From contig CAMDQT010000003.1 in NCBI GenBank assembly GCA_945906305.1, positions 6,439 through 70,438 of the forward strand: DNA of 64,000 nt, in the 5' to 3' direction. Of the stretch, positions 48,959 through 58,381 are shown one piece after another. Below the pieces are notes generated by a model. The model was not told the DNA's origin and did no database searches. It worked only from the letters and a program-made list of their open reading frames with translations. Origin of the DNA: Ferrithrix thermotolerans DSM 19514 (GTDB lineage: Bacteria; Actinomycetota; Acidimicrobiia; Acidimicrobiales; CAIXPF01). A program made the position numbers and the translations under genes. Numbering within the stretch: position 1 is the first letter of the stretch; each line of letters starts with the position of its first letter.

Positions 48959-49171
48959 ATGGGCGAACTATTGGGGCCTGACTTCTTGCCGTTTCTCCTC
49001 CTCGCACTCTCGGGGGCATTGGTGATCGGCAATGCACTCGCGCTGGTGCGGCCCCCACCGACGAGTGCTGACCAGGCCAGCCCGCACCGGCCGTCGCTCC
49101 GACGCAGCCTCACCATGATCGCGTTGGGCTCAGTGGTGTCGGTCTGGACGATTGCCTCGCTGGTGGGCTGA
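48959..49171 (+). CDS. hypothetical small membrane protein (2 TM)
   Basis: 70 aa. FLPFLLLALSGALVIGNALALV and MIALGSVVSVWTIASLV are hydrophobic segments. No other support. Confidence 0.3.
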   Translation: MGELLGPDFLPFLLLALSGALVIGNALALVRPPPTSADQASPHRPSLRRSLTMIALGSVVSVWTIASLVG

Positions 49172-49188
49172 GCACGGGAAGCGGAAGG

Positions 49189-49800
49189 TCACCGGCGGTT
49201 GGTTGCCAGGAGGATGCGCAGGTCGTGAGCCATCGACCCTGCACTGGTGCCGAAGGGCCACTGGACCGCGACCACACCTTGGTCAGTGACGATTGAGGTC
49301 GTGGCGGAGTGCTCCGCGGCCACACCGTGTGCGGTGTGCACGAGCGCGGAACTTGCGAGGAAGGCCGCTTGGACCCGGGCCAGGGATTCGGTGTGGGTGC
49401 TGCGCAGTGCGACGCGGTGCTCCGCGTCGAAGAAGCTACTGAGATAGCTGTCGAGCAACTCGGGGGCGTCCCGGTCCGGGTCCACGGTGACCAGGGCCAC
49501 GGTGACGCGTCCGGCGTCGTCGGCGTCGAGTTCGCTGAGCGCGACCTTGAGCGTGGCCAACGTGGTGGGACAAAGGTCCGGGCATTGGGTGTAACCGAAA
49601 TAGACCGCGAGCAGAGCCCCCGGTGGGGCGATGAACGTGAACGCTTCGCCGTTGCTTGCCCGAGGAAGCTGTTGGTCCGCTACGACCAACGGCGGTTGGG
49701 CGATGGCCCCATCGAGCGCCGGCGGACCACCAGACCCTCCGCAGGCGCTCAGCAGGATCAGCCCGATGGCCAGGATCGGGCGGATGGAATGATCGTGCAC
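49189..49800 (-). CDS. SCO1/SenC-family copper chaperone / thiol-disulfide oxidoreductase lipoprotein
   Basis: Lipobox-like ..LILLSACGG and CxxxC motif GYTQCPDLCPTTL in a thioredoxin-like fold. GTG start. Confidence 0.8.
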   Translation of the reverse strand: MHDHSIRPILAIGLILLSACGGSGGPPALDGAIAQPPLVVADQQLPRASNGEAFTFIAPPGALLAVYFGYTQCPDLCPTTLATLKVALSELDADDAGRVTVALVTVDPDRDAPELLDSYLSSFFDAEHRVALRSTHTESLARVQAAFLASSALVHTAHGVAAEHSATTSIVTDQGVVAVQWPFGTSAGSMAHDLRILLATNRR

Positions 49801-50066
49801 CCGGCCATTGTGGCCCGGGCGCGCAGCACGAGCAGCTTCGTCTCAACGTGCAGGTCGCGAAGCTCAGGCCGCGTGGTTCGAGTGCCAGCCGGAGCGAAGC
49901 GGCAAGTCGGGCGAGGTTCGAACGGTTGGTTGGTCGGGATTCGGAGATCTCTATCCTCGGCTTGACTGGCCTCCGGGTGCGGTTCACGGCCCTATCGGCC
50001 GGTCAGGGCACTTTCCTTTGCGGGTCGGTTGGTGTCGCCAAAGCGAGCCGCGACGCGGGCACCCTT

Positions 50067-50438
50067 TCACGATGAGCGCAGCTGATCGAGCAGGCGTCGC
50101 TCGCGCTTGGTTGGTCGGCCGCTGCCCCGGTCTCGAATGAACGCTTGGGCGTCACCCTCAGTACGCAGGACAGGCGGGCTGTGGTCTACCAGGCAGGTGG
50201 CGGCGATTGGAGGTCCAACCCGTTGGTCGATGAGTTGCACTACCTCAATGATGCGGGTGCGGTCCCCGACGCGGGCCTTGACGCGATCCCCGACGCGCAC
50301 GACGGTGGCGGCCTTGGCCGGTTGGTCGTTCACGCTGACCTGGCCGCCACGACAAGCCGCCGTTGCCGCGGAGCGTGTCTTGAACAGACGGACCGCCCAC
50401 AGCCAGCGGTCAACTCGGATGCTGTCAGGCGCCTGCAT
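50067..50438 (-). CDS. S4-domain RNA-binding protein (Hsp15/HslR-like)
   Basis: ..IRVDRWLWAVRLFKTRSAATAACRGGQVSVNDQPAKAATVVRVGDRV. 123 aa. Confidence 0.8.
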   Translation of the reverse strand: MQAPDSIRVDRWLWAVRLFKTRSAATAACRGGQVSVNDQPAKAATVVRVGDRVKARVGDRTRIIEVVQLIDQRVGPPIAATCLVDHSPPVLRTEGDAQAFIRDRGSGRPTKRERRLLDQLRSS

Positions 50439-50612
50439 TGCACTCCAACGCTTGCATTGTGGCTACCCTCCCTGCGGTAGTCGCATTGTCGCGCAATGCA
50501 ATCGTCTCGGACCGCTTGGCCGTCCGACCACGTCCTTTCGTGCCGTTCAGTGCTACGCGCCGGCGTGGCCGCGGGTCCCTCCAAGCCAGGAGCTTCGACA
50601 GATGTTCTCAAC

Positions 50613-52259
50613 ATGCCTGCCACGCTGCACGTCAACGGTCTAACCGTTCGTCGCGAGCCGCAACTGGTGCTTGACGCGGTCAGCTTCATCGCGGCCCCGC
50701 GGCATCGCATTGGTCTGGTTGGACCCAACGGAGTGGGGAAGTCCACCCTGCTCGGAGCCCTGGCTGGACTGGTGGAGATCGAGTCCGGGACGGTGAAGTT
50801 GCAGCCGAACGACGCGTTGGTCGGATGGCTTCCCCAGGAGACGGAGCGTCGGCCCGGGGAGACGGTGGTGGCCTTCCTGGTCCGCCGTTGCGGGGTGGAT
50901 GTGGCCGATGCCGAGCTGCAAGCGGCCGCCGCGGCGCTGGCTTCGGCCAGTCCTGGCGCCGAGGATCGTTACAGCGACGCTCTCGAGCGGTGGCTGCTCG
51001 TCGGAGCGGCCGACTTCGAGGCCCGCACCGCGGAGATCTGGCATGGGCTTGGCCTCGCCGAGCGGTTGTTAACGGCCCCCATGGCATCGCTGTCAGGGGG
51101 CGAGGCCGCTCGGGCCGGCCTGTGCGCCCTGATCCTGAGCCGCTACGACCTGTACCTGCTCGATGAGCCAACCAACGACCTCGATCTGGATGGGTTGGAC
51201 CGCTTGGAGCGGTGGGTGAGCGAGCTTGATGCGGCGGTCGTGGTGGTCAGTCACGACCGCACCTTCCTGGCCAACGTGGTCACCGACGTCGTCGAACTCG
51301 ACGAGTTCAGCCGTCGGGCTAACTGGTTCGCCGGAGGTTGGGAGAGTTATCTCGAAGAACGTTCGATTCTGCGGCGTCACGATCAGGAACGGTTCGAGGA
51401 GTACGACACCAAACGGCGGGGGCTACAAAGCCGGGCCGAGCGCGAACGAAACTGGGCTACCCAGGGCGTGGCAAAAGCGAAGCGGAAGCCCACCGACGGC
51501 GACAAGTCGGCCCGGCAGTTCAAGATCAACCAGACCGAACAGCTAGCCGGGCGGGCAGCGAGGACCCAAAAAGCGATGGAGCGGCTGGATGTCGTCACGC
51601 CGCCGCGCGAGTCATGGCAGCTCCGACTGTCCGTCGGGTCGCCCGGCCGTAGTGGCGACGTGGTCGCTCGGCTTTCGGGCGTTGTGGTGGATCACGGTGC
51701 CTTCGTGCTTGGCCCGATCGACCTGGAGATCGGATTCGGTGAGCGCATCGCGGTGCTCGGTGCCAATGGGAGTGGTAAATCCACCTTGATCGAGACCATT
51801 TTGGGACGGACCAATGTGCGCGAGGGTGATCGTCAACTCGGCCCATCGGTGGTGATTGGGGAGATCGGCCAGGCTCGCCGCCAACTCCACGGCTCGGAAA
51901 CCTTCCTGCGCGACTTCACCGATGTCACCGGGCTGAGCATTTCTGAGGCTCGGACCTTGGTGGCAAAGTTTGGACTGGGAGCGGATCACGTGCTGCGTCC
52001 GACGCAAACATTTTCGCCCGGGGAACGGACCAGGGCGGCGCTGGCTCTACTGATGGCCAATGGCGCCAATTGTCTGGTTCTTGACGAACCGACCAACCAT
52101 CTCGATCTGCCGGCGATCGAACAACTTGAGGCGGCGCTGGCCGAGTTCAATGGCACGGTGATCTTGGTGAGCCACGACCGAACGTTGCTCGCCACGGTGG
52201 CTATGACCCGGACTATTCGGCTCGCCGATGGGCGGATTGTGGTTGACCACGCGGTCTGA
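50613..52259 (+). CDS. ABC-F family ATPase (two ABC domains, no TM domain)
   Basis: Walker [13 protein letters not shown] and [12 protein letters not shown], signatures [11 protein letters not shown] and [11 protein letters not shown], and a charged interdomain linker. ATG 50613 ([12 protein letters not shown]) is preferred over the track start at 50496. Confidence 0.9.
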   Translation: MPATLHVNGLTVRREPQLVLDAVSFIAAPRHRIGLVGPNGVGKSTLLGALAGLVEIESGTVKLQPNDALVGWLPQETERRPGETVVAFLVRRCGVDVADAELQAAAAALASASPGAEDRYSDALERWLLVGAADFEARTAEIWHGLGLAERLLTAPMASLSGGEAARAGLCALILSRYDLYLLDEPTNDLDLDGLDRLERWVSELDAAVVVVSHDRTFLANVVTDVVELDEFSRRANWFAGGWESYLEERSILRRHDQERFEEYDTKRRGLQSRAERERNWATQGVAKAKRKPTDGDKSARQFKINQTEQLAGRAARTQKAMERLDVVTPPRESWQLRLSVGSPGRSGDVVARLSGVVVDHGAFVLGPIDLEIGFGERIAVLGANGSGKSTLIETILGRTNVREGDRQLGPSVVIGEIGQARRQLHGSETFLRDFTDVTGLSISEARTLVAKFGLGADHVLRPTQTFSPGERTRAALALLMANGANCLVLDEPTNHLDLPAIEQLEAALAEFNGTVILVSHDRTLLATVAMTRTIRLADGRIVVDHAV

Positions 52260-52330
52260 CCTGCCCGCTAGGCGGTTCTCCGCCAGCTCAATCAGTCACG
52301 GAGAGTGGTCGGCGAAGAAAAAAAACCGGG

Positions 52331-53446
52331 ATGGATCAAAACATCCTGTGCTCCGTATCGCGGGGAGGGGTGGCTGCCTCCGTATCTTGGATACCCGTGC
52401 GTAGCGCCAAAGACTTTTTCAGACCCCTCGCTGTCGGAGCTCCGGCCCCCTGGCGCGAGATCCCGATTCGGCCCTCGCGGATGATTCATTTCTTTCCGGC
52501 CTCCAACGCCAAGATGCTGGCCAAGCTGCCCGACATGGCCCCCACGGTGGACGTGTTGCTAGCGAACCTCGAGGACGGGGTGCCCGCCGCGGACAAGGCT
52601 GCCGCCCGGGCAGGTCTCGTTACGGTCGCCCAAACGGTCGATTTCGGGGAGACTCAGTTCTGGACCCGAGTCAATTCCCTCGACTCGCCTTGGGGACTCG
52701 ACGACCTTGTCGCCGCAGTGACCGAGGCAGGCCACAAACTCGACGTCATCATGATCCCCAAGGTCGAAGGGGCCGAGGACATCCACTACGTGGACCGTCT
52801 GCTGGCACAACTCGAAGCAAAAGCGGGCCTGACCCGGCCTTTGATGATCCATGCCATCCTCGAGACAGCTCGGGGTGTGGCCAACGTGGAGGAAATCTGC
52901 GCCGCCTCGCCTCGTATGCAGGGCCTGTCACTCGGCCCCGCCGATCTCGCCGCGAACCGGCGTATGAAGACCACCCGCGTTGGGGGCGGTCACCCGGGCT
53001 ACCTCGTGCGCGAGGACTCCGATCCGGCGAAACCTGGCGCAGCCCGTGCCGTGCACCAGCAGGATCTTTGGCATTACACGCTGGCTCGCATGGTCGATGC
53101 ATGCGTCGCCAACTCCATCTTGCCGTTCTATGGCCCCTTCGGCGACATCAAGGACGTCGTGGCCTGCGAGGATCAGTTCCGCAACGCCTACCTGCTGGGA
53201 TGTGTCGGCGCATGGAGCCTTCACCCGGTGCAGATCGACATCGCCAAACGGGTGTTCTCTCCCGACCCCGCTGATGTGGCCCATGCGCTTCGGGTTATCG
53301 AGGCCATGGGCGACGGGACCGGCGCCATCATGCTTGACGGCAAGATGGAAGACGACGCCTCGTGCAAGCAGTGCCACGTCATTGTGGCACTCGCCCGCGA
53401 CCTTGCGGCCCGTGACCCCGAGTTGGCCGCTACCTACGGCTTCTGA
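52331..53446 (+). CDS. HpcH/HpaI aldolase / CitE family protein, L-malyl-CoA/beta-methylmalyl-CoA lyase-like; start uncertain
   Basis: ..[81 protein letters not shown] is colinear, by my recollection, with characterised malyl-CoA lyases. Possible alternative start at GTG 52397. Confidence 0.75.
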   Translation: MDQNILCSVSRGGVAASVSWIPVRSAKDFFRPLAVGAPAPWREIPIRPSRMIHFFPASNAKMLAKLPDMAPTVDVLLANLEDGVPAADKAAARAGLVTVAQTVDFGETQFWTRVNSLDSPWGLDDLVAAVTEAGHKLDVIMIPKVEGAEDIHYVDRLLAQLEAKAGLTRPLMIHAILETARGVANVEEICAASPRMQGLSLGPADLAANRRMKTTRVGGGHPGYLVREDSDPAKPGAARAVHQQDLWHYTLARMVDACVANSILPFYGPFGDIKDVVACEDQFRNAYLLGCVGAWSLHPVQIDIAKRVFSPDPADVAHALRVIEAMGDGTGAIMLDGKMEDDASCKQCHVIVALARDLAARDPELAATYGF

Positions 53447-53459
53447 GCGAGAGGACTGC

Positions 53460-54332
53460 ATGATGACCGAGGACCTGCGTCCACGCCGTTCGGTGTTGTA
53501 CATGCCGGCGGCCAACGCTCGCGCGCTGGAAAAGGCACGCGACCTTCCCGCTGACGCGTTGATCTTCGACCTTGAAGACGCCGTCGCCCCCGACGCCAAG
53601 GCGTTGGCCCGTGAGCAGGCCGCGGATGCGGTGCGCTCAGGCAGCTATGGCAACAAGGAACTCACCATTCGTTGCAATGGCCTGGACACCCCTTGGGGGG
53701 CCGAGGATCTCGCGGTTGCGGCGGCCGCCGGCCCTTCCGCGGTTGTTATTCCCAAGGTGTCGGGGCCGGGCGCACTGGCCGAGGTCGCCAAGCGACTCGA
53801 GGCGGCCGGGGCTCCCGATCACACCAGGATCTGGGCCATGGTCGAGACGCCAGAGGCGTTGTTCAACGTCCGACAGATCGCTGGTTTCGAGCGAGTCGCG
53901 ATGCTGGTCATGGGAACCAACGATCTGGCCAAGGAACTGCGGGCTCAACAGGTTCCAGGCCGAGCGCCACTGTTGGCTCACCTCTCGGTCGCGCTGCTGG
54001 CGGCACGAGAGGCGGGCAAGGCCATCGTCGACGGGGTGTTCAACGACGTGCGCGATGCCCAAGGTTTTGCGGCCGAGGCTCGCCAAGGCTTCGAAATGGG
54101 CTTCGACGGCAAGACGCTGATCCACCCCAGCCAAGTCGAGCCGACTAACCACCTGTGGGCACCAGGAGACGACGCCATTGACTATGCCCGCCGGGTGATC
54201 GAAGCCTTCGAGGAGGCGGTCGCCGAGGGCCGCGGAGTGGCTACTGTCGATGGCCGGATGATCGAGAACCTGCACGTCGACAACGCCCGTCGTACGCTCG
54301 CCGTGGCCGAGGCCATCGCCTCCCTGCGCTGA
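53460..54332 (+). CDS. CitE / HpcH-HpaI family protein (citrate lyase beta-like; malyl-CoA lyase/thioesterase-type)
   Basis: Inside track ORF 52980..54332. Begins MMTEDLRPRRSVLYMPAANARALEKARDLPADALIFDLEDAVAPDAK..IRCNGLDTPWG..VVIPKV..GTNDLAKEL..GKTLIHPSQV. GAGAGGA Shine-Dalgarno upstream. Confidence 0.85.
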   Translation: MMTEDLRPRRSVLYMPAANARALEKARDLPADALIFDLEDAVAPDAKALAREQAADAVRSGSYGNKELTIRCNGLDTPWGAEDLAVAAAAGPSAVVIPKVSGPGALAEVAKRLEAAGAPDHTRIWAMVETPEALFNVRQIAGFERVAMLVMGTNDLAKELRAQQVPGRAPLLAHLSVALLAAREAGKAIVDGVFNDVRDAQGFAAEARQGFEMGFDGKTLIHPSQVEPTNHLWAPGDDAIDYARRVIEAFEEAVAEGRGVATVDGRMIENLHVDNARRTLAVAEAIASLR

Positions 54333-54380
54333 TTGTTCGGCCCCATCTCGACCCCGATTTCGAAGGGTGGCCGGGCTAAC

Positions 54381-55445
54381 GTGGCCCGGGTGCAGCAGCC
54401 CTTTGACGATCGTGCATCCCTCCAATCCCTCCAGTCGGCCACGGTGGCCGATGTCGCACGGGCGGGCCATGCAGTGATCGATGAGATCGAGCGAGCAGTG
54501 GTCGGCAAGCGGTCGATGCTCGAGTTGGTCCTGGTCGGCCTGCTTGCCGAAGGCCATGTCTTGATCGAGGACGTGCCCGGCGTGGCCAAGACCTTGACGG
54601 CGCGTAGCTTCGCTTCGGTCCTCAGCCTCAATTTCTCCCGGGTACAGTTCACGCCCGACCTGATTCCGTCGGACATCACCGGTTCCGCGGTGCCCGACGG
54701 CCGGGGCGCGTTGCACTTCCAGCCGGGCCCCATTTTCGCGAACCTCGTTCTCGGCGATGAGATCAATCGGGCCCCCCCCAAGACGCAGGCCGCAGTGCTC
54801 GAAGCTATGGAAGAGCGCCAGGTCACCGTCGACGGTGTGTCTCATCCGCTGCCCGCCCCGTTCTTGGTGATGGCGACCCAGAACCCGCTGGAGTCCGAGG
54901 GCACCTATCCGCTGCCCGAGGCGCAGCTCGACCGGTTCTTGCTTCGGGTGTCGGTCGGCTACCCCGACGCGGCGGCCGAAGTAGACCTGTTGCGCCGCCG
55001 GGTGCAGCGGAAACGGAACCAGGTTGATCTCCAGCCCCAGCTCGATGCGGACTCCGTTCGTGCGTTACAGGCGGCGGTGGAGACGGTGCACGTGGCCGAG
55101 GACCTGTTGACCTACGTGGTGGCCTTGGTGACGGCCACCCGCACCGACGGCCGGACGGAGGCGGGTGCTAGCCCGCGCGCCGCGTTGGCGCTCGTCGCGG
55201 CCGCCCGAGCCAAAGCGGCGCTCGCCGGACGGACATTTGTAATCCCTGACGACGTGAAACAGCTCGCGGTGGCGACGCTGGCCCATCGCCTGGTGCTGCG
55301 ACCTGACGCCTGGATCCGAGGAATCACCCAGACGGTGGTGGTGGCGGACTGCTTGGGTTCGGTGCCGACACCGGCCACCCTCACCGAGGCCGATCGAGCG
55401 GCGGCCGGGGTGGCCGCGGCGGCCGAGGCGGGCCAGCCCGGGTGA
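54381..55445 (+). CDS. MoxR-family AAA+ ATPase
   Basis: ..VVGKRSMLELVLVGLLAEGHVLIEDVPGVAKTLTARSFA..RVQFTPDLIPSDITG..ANLVLGDEINRAPPKTQAAVLEAMEERQVTV... The track ORF starts at TTG 54333. GTG 54381 has an upstream GAAGGGTGG. Confidence 0.9.
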   Translation: MARVQQPFDDRASLQSLQSATVADVARAGHAVIDEIERAVVGKRSMLELVLVGLLAEGHVLIEDVPGVAKTLTARSFASVLSLNFSRVQFTPDLIPSDITGSAVPDGRGALHFQPGPIFANLVLGDEINRAPPKTQAAVLEAMEERQVTVDGVSHPLPAPFLVMATQNPLESEGTYPLPEAQLDRFLLRVSVGYPDAAAEVDLLRRRVQRKRNQVDLQPQLDADSVRALQAAVETVHVAEDLLTYVVALVTATRTDGRTEAGASPRAALALVAAARAKAALAGRTFVIPDDVKQLAVATLAHRLVLRPDAWIRGITQTVVVADCLGSVPTPATLTEADRAAAGVAAAAEAGQPG

Positions 55446-56707
55446 ACCGAGCCACCTCGGTTCGCTTTGCGGGGCTGGTACTCGTTGGACTGGCCGCGGG
55501 CATCGGTGCCGTTGTCTTGCACCGGCCGGCCCTCGCGGTCGCCGCGACGGCGCTGATCGCCATTCCGGCGCTGGCGCTGGCGAGCTGGCGCTGGCCGGAG
55601 CTCGACGTCGAGGCGCGGGTGTCCTCGGCTCGCTTGGTCGAGGGTGATAGCTGCACCATCGTGCTGGAGATCGCCACGGACAGCGCGGTGGCGTGGCTCG
55701 ACGTGGAGATCGACCTTGGTGTCGGTTTGCGCAGCGGTGATGGCTTGTTGCGCCGGGTCGTGGCGCTGGGCTCGGGGACCGCAGTTGCGGTCACCTTTCC
55801 GGTAGTGCCCACGACCTGGGGGGTACTGGCGGCTGGCCGGTACCGAATCGTGGCTCGGGACCGCTTTGGACTGTTCTCGTGCAGCACGATCCAGACGATC
55901 GACCAGGTTTTACGCGTCTACCCGAGTGAGGCCCGGTTGCAGGGAATGGCGCAACCGGCCCGGACGGTCGCCACCCTGGGCGCCCATCTGTCCCACAGCC
56001 GCGGGGACGGCTGTGAGTATGCCGATGTCCGGGCCTGGCGGCCAGGAGATCGCATGCGAACGGTCAACTGGCGGGTTTCGGCTCGTCGAGGTGGGCCGTG
56101 GGTGACCGAGCGCCATCCGGACCGCGCGGCAGAAGTTGTCGTCTTGGTCGATGACACGGCGGCACTCGGCCCGGCGGGGGACACCACCTTGCGCCGGGCG
56201 GTGCAGGCGGCGATGGCGCTCAGCGAAGGGCATCTCGCCGCTCAGGATCGCGTCGGCCTACTGGCGCCAGGCGCTCCGCTGCGATGGGTGCGTCCACGTT
56301 CCGGTGTCCGCCAGCTGTACGCCATCGTGGACACCTTGCTGGACTGCCGCTTGGCCCGCATCAATGGGATTGGCAGGCAGGGTTCGTTGCTGTTGGGTGG
56401 TCTGCGCCCGGGCACGACCATTGTGGCTCTGACGGTGCTGGCCGAACCTCGCGTCGTGGAGGTGTTGGTTGATCTTCGCCGACATGGTCACCACGTGATA
56501 ATGGTCGAGCCCGACCACGACGTGGACCCCATGGCGTCATCGACCGTGACGACGGAGGCGTTGGCCCGCCGCTTGTGGGACCTTGAACGATCTGCCCGGC
56601 GGGAGCGGCTGCGGGACGCGGGCGTGGTGACGCTGCAATGGGATGGCGCGGTGCCCTTGGGCGCGCTGCTGAGCCGGGCGTCGGTGTTCTCCGGTGGCCG
56701 CCGGTGA
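55442..56707 (+). CDS. DUF58 domain protein (vWA-like partner of MoxR) with N-terminal TM helices
   Basis: ..HSRGDGCEYADVRAWRPGDRMRTVNWRVSARRGGPWVTERHPDRAAEVVVLVDD is the classic DUF58 core. The start overlaps the moxR stop. Confidence 0.85.
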   Translation: MNRATSVRFAGLVLVGLAAGIGAVVLHRPALAVAATALIAIPALALASWRWPELDVEARVSSARLVEGDSCTIVLEIATDSAVAWLDVEIDLGVGLRSGDGLLRRVVALGSGTAVAVTFPVVPTTWGVLAAGRYRIVARDRFGLFSCSTIQTIDQVLRVYPSEARLQGMAQPARTVATLGAHLSHSRGDGCEYADVRAWRPGDRMRTVNWRVSARRGGPWVTERHPDRAAEVVVLVDDTAALGPAGDTTLRRAVQAAMALSEGHLAAQDRVGLLAPGAPLRWVRPRSGVRQLYAIVDTLLDCRLARINGIGRQGSLLLGGLRPGTTIVALTVLAEPRVVEVLVDLRRHGHHVIMVEPDHDVDPMASSTVTTEALARRLWDLERSARRERLRDAGVVTLQWDGAVPLGALLSRASVFSGGRR

Positions 56708-57903
56708 CGATACTGGCCCAAATCGAGGCCGTGGTCGTGGTGGCGGCGTTGCTGTGCGGAGCGGGCGCGGTGGCCGCACGCCGGCAGGGTTGGACCGTCG
56801 CCGCGTACGGCCTGGGGACCTTGGCCCTGGTCGGGGAGGCCTGGCGCCATGGTGCCGACGAGCGACTGTGGGTGCTGGGAGCGGTCCCGCTGCTGCTGGC
56901 CCTCGGCGAAGGGTTCCGAGTGACGACGGATGCCCGCCCGCGCGGGACCAGGGTGAGCATCGATGCCGCCGTCTACCGCCAAGTTGGCCTGGGGTTCGCT
57001 TTGGTGGTGGCCGTGGTGGTGGCGTCGGCCGGTGCGGTGCTCGCCCTGCCGGTGGCGACGGACGGCGCTGAGGTTGCGCTGTCTCCGTTGTTGCTGCCGG
57101 TGGGCCTTTTCCTGCTTGGGTTAGGTGTGGTCGGGTTGGCAGTTGGACTTGGGCGGGTGGGGCGTTACCGCCAGGTGGCCCGCCGCGGCGCGGCGTTGGT
57201 GCTGACGGTGATGGTGGTCTTAGTCGGTGCGGCACTGGTGGTGGGTGCGGCAGGTTTAGCCCGCGTGGACTCAGCCTCCGACTCGGCGGTTCATCTGCTG
57301 TCCACAGGGCCGGGTTCGGGCCAGGCCGAGCCGGGGGGATTCGCGGACGATGCCCCGTCGAAGGCTCACGTCGTGCGGGAACCGACACGGCTGAGTTGGT
57401 GGATGAGCCCCCTCATCCTGGTGGGCCTCATCGTGCTGATAGTGGTCCTCGGCCGTCGAGAACAGTTGTACCCGCCCGATGACCTGCAGCCCGACCGGCT
57501 GGTACGCGGCGGCCCCGGCCCGGCGTTGGACGGAGCGACCCACATCGACGTCATCGATCGTAATGTCACGTTGGCCAACCTCGAGGAAGCCCTGATCGGC
57601 TTGCGGGCCGATACCGATCCGCGGGTCGCGGTTCGGCTGGCGTATGCCACGGTGGCCCGCGGTTTCGGACGGCAGGAACTCGGTCGGCGCCTGGCGGAAA
57701 CCGAAGGTGAGTACCTGACCAGGGCCTTTGTGGCTTTGGGTGCCGGCGGGGAAGCACTGCGTCGCCTGACTGAGCTGTTCTCCGTCGCCCGGTTCTCCGA
57801 TGATCCGGTGGATGAGGCCATGCGGGAAGAGGCCCTGACGGCCTTGGAGCAGGTTCGCGCCCAGGTTTCATCGGCTCGTCTGGATGGGAGCACCCAAGCG
57901 TGA
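56704..57903 (+). CDS. polytopic membrane protein with C-terminal DUF4129-like domain
   Basis: Several hydrophobic helices, then ..ARGFGRQELGRRLAETEGEYLTRA..LRRLTELFSVARFSDDPVDE.., resembling DUF4129. GTG 56704 overlaps the DUF58 stop (GTGA). The track ORF starts at 56638. Confidence 0.6.
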   Translation: MTILAQIEAVVVVAALLCGAGAVAARRQGWTVAAYGLGTLALVGEAWRHGADERLWVLGAVPLLLALGEGFRVTTDARPRGTRVSIDAAVYRQVGLGFALVVAVVVASAGAVLALPVATDGAEVALSPLLLPVGLFLLGLGVVGLAVGLGRVGRYRQVARRGAALVLTVMVVLVGAALVVGAAGLARVDSASDSAVHLLSTGPGSGQAEPGGFADDAPSKAHVVREPTRLSWWMSPLILVGLIVLIVVLGRREQLYPPDDLQPDRLVRGGPGPALDGATHIDVIDRNVTLANLEEALIGLRADTDPRVAVRLAYATVARGFGRQELGRRLAETEGEYLTRAFVALGAGGEALRRLTELFSVARFSDDPVDEAMREEALTALEQVRAQVSSARLDGSTQA

Positions 57904-58220
57904 GGATCTTGGCGCTCGTTGCCGCCGCAGTAGCGATGGTCGGGGTGCTGGCCGCGCTGCAGATCTTTGCCCGCCAGGCGCAACGGCTACCGCTCGAGGC
58001 ATTTCTTCGCCCGTTGACTGCGGTCGACCGGTCGGGTCGGTCGCCACGGCCACCGGAACTGGTCCAGCTGGAGGGTTTGGTCGCCGACGCGGCTCAGGGT
58101 GACCCTGTCGCTTCGGCGCGCCTCGCGCTGCGGCTGCGCGCCGTTGGCGTAGACCCGGGCCCGACTCGCGATGCGTTCGGTGTCCTCGCTGCGCTGCGTC
58201 GGATCGAAGCCGGTCCCTAG
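57900..58220 (+). CDS. hypothetical small protein with an N-terminal TM helix (last gene of the MoxR operon)
   Basis: MRILALVAAAVAMVGVLAALQIF.. The GTG start overlaps the upstream stop (GTGA). No recognisable domain. Confidence 0.45.
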   Translation: MRILALVAAAVAMVGVLAALQIFARQAQRLPLEAFLRPLTAVDRSGRSPRPPELVQLEGLVADAAQGDPVASARLALRLRAVGVDPGPTRDAFGVLAALRRIEAGP

Positions 58221-58232
58221 GACCGTGGCCGG

Positions 58233-58306
58233 TGGAGCGGGTGACGGGAATCGAACCCGCGCTGTCAGCTTGGGAAGCTGATGTTCTGCCATTGAACTAC
58301 ACCCGC
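58233..58306 (-). tRNA. tRNA-Gly (anticodon CCC), CCA encoded
   Basis: Reverse complement GCGGGTGTAGTTCAATGGCAGAACATCAGCTTCCCAAGCTGACAGCGCGGGTTCGATTCCCGTCACCCGCTCCA: acceptor GCGGGTG/CACCCGC, D stem GTTC/GAAC, anticodon stem TCAGC/GCTGA with loop TTCCCAA, T loop TTCGATT. Confidence 0.93.
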
Positions 58307-58381
58307 AGCGAGCGCTGAGCGTAGCGCGTGGCGTGTCGGGTCACCTAGGTCGGGGCCGCCGCGGTGACCTAACCTGGAGCG

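Noticed and set aside
49880-49930. tRNA-like T-arm strings (GGTTCGAGT, GGTTCGAAC) suggesting a tRNA or tRNA remnant
   Set aside because: I could not build complementary T stems, an acceptor stem or an anticodon arm around them, so there is no cloverleaf.
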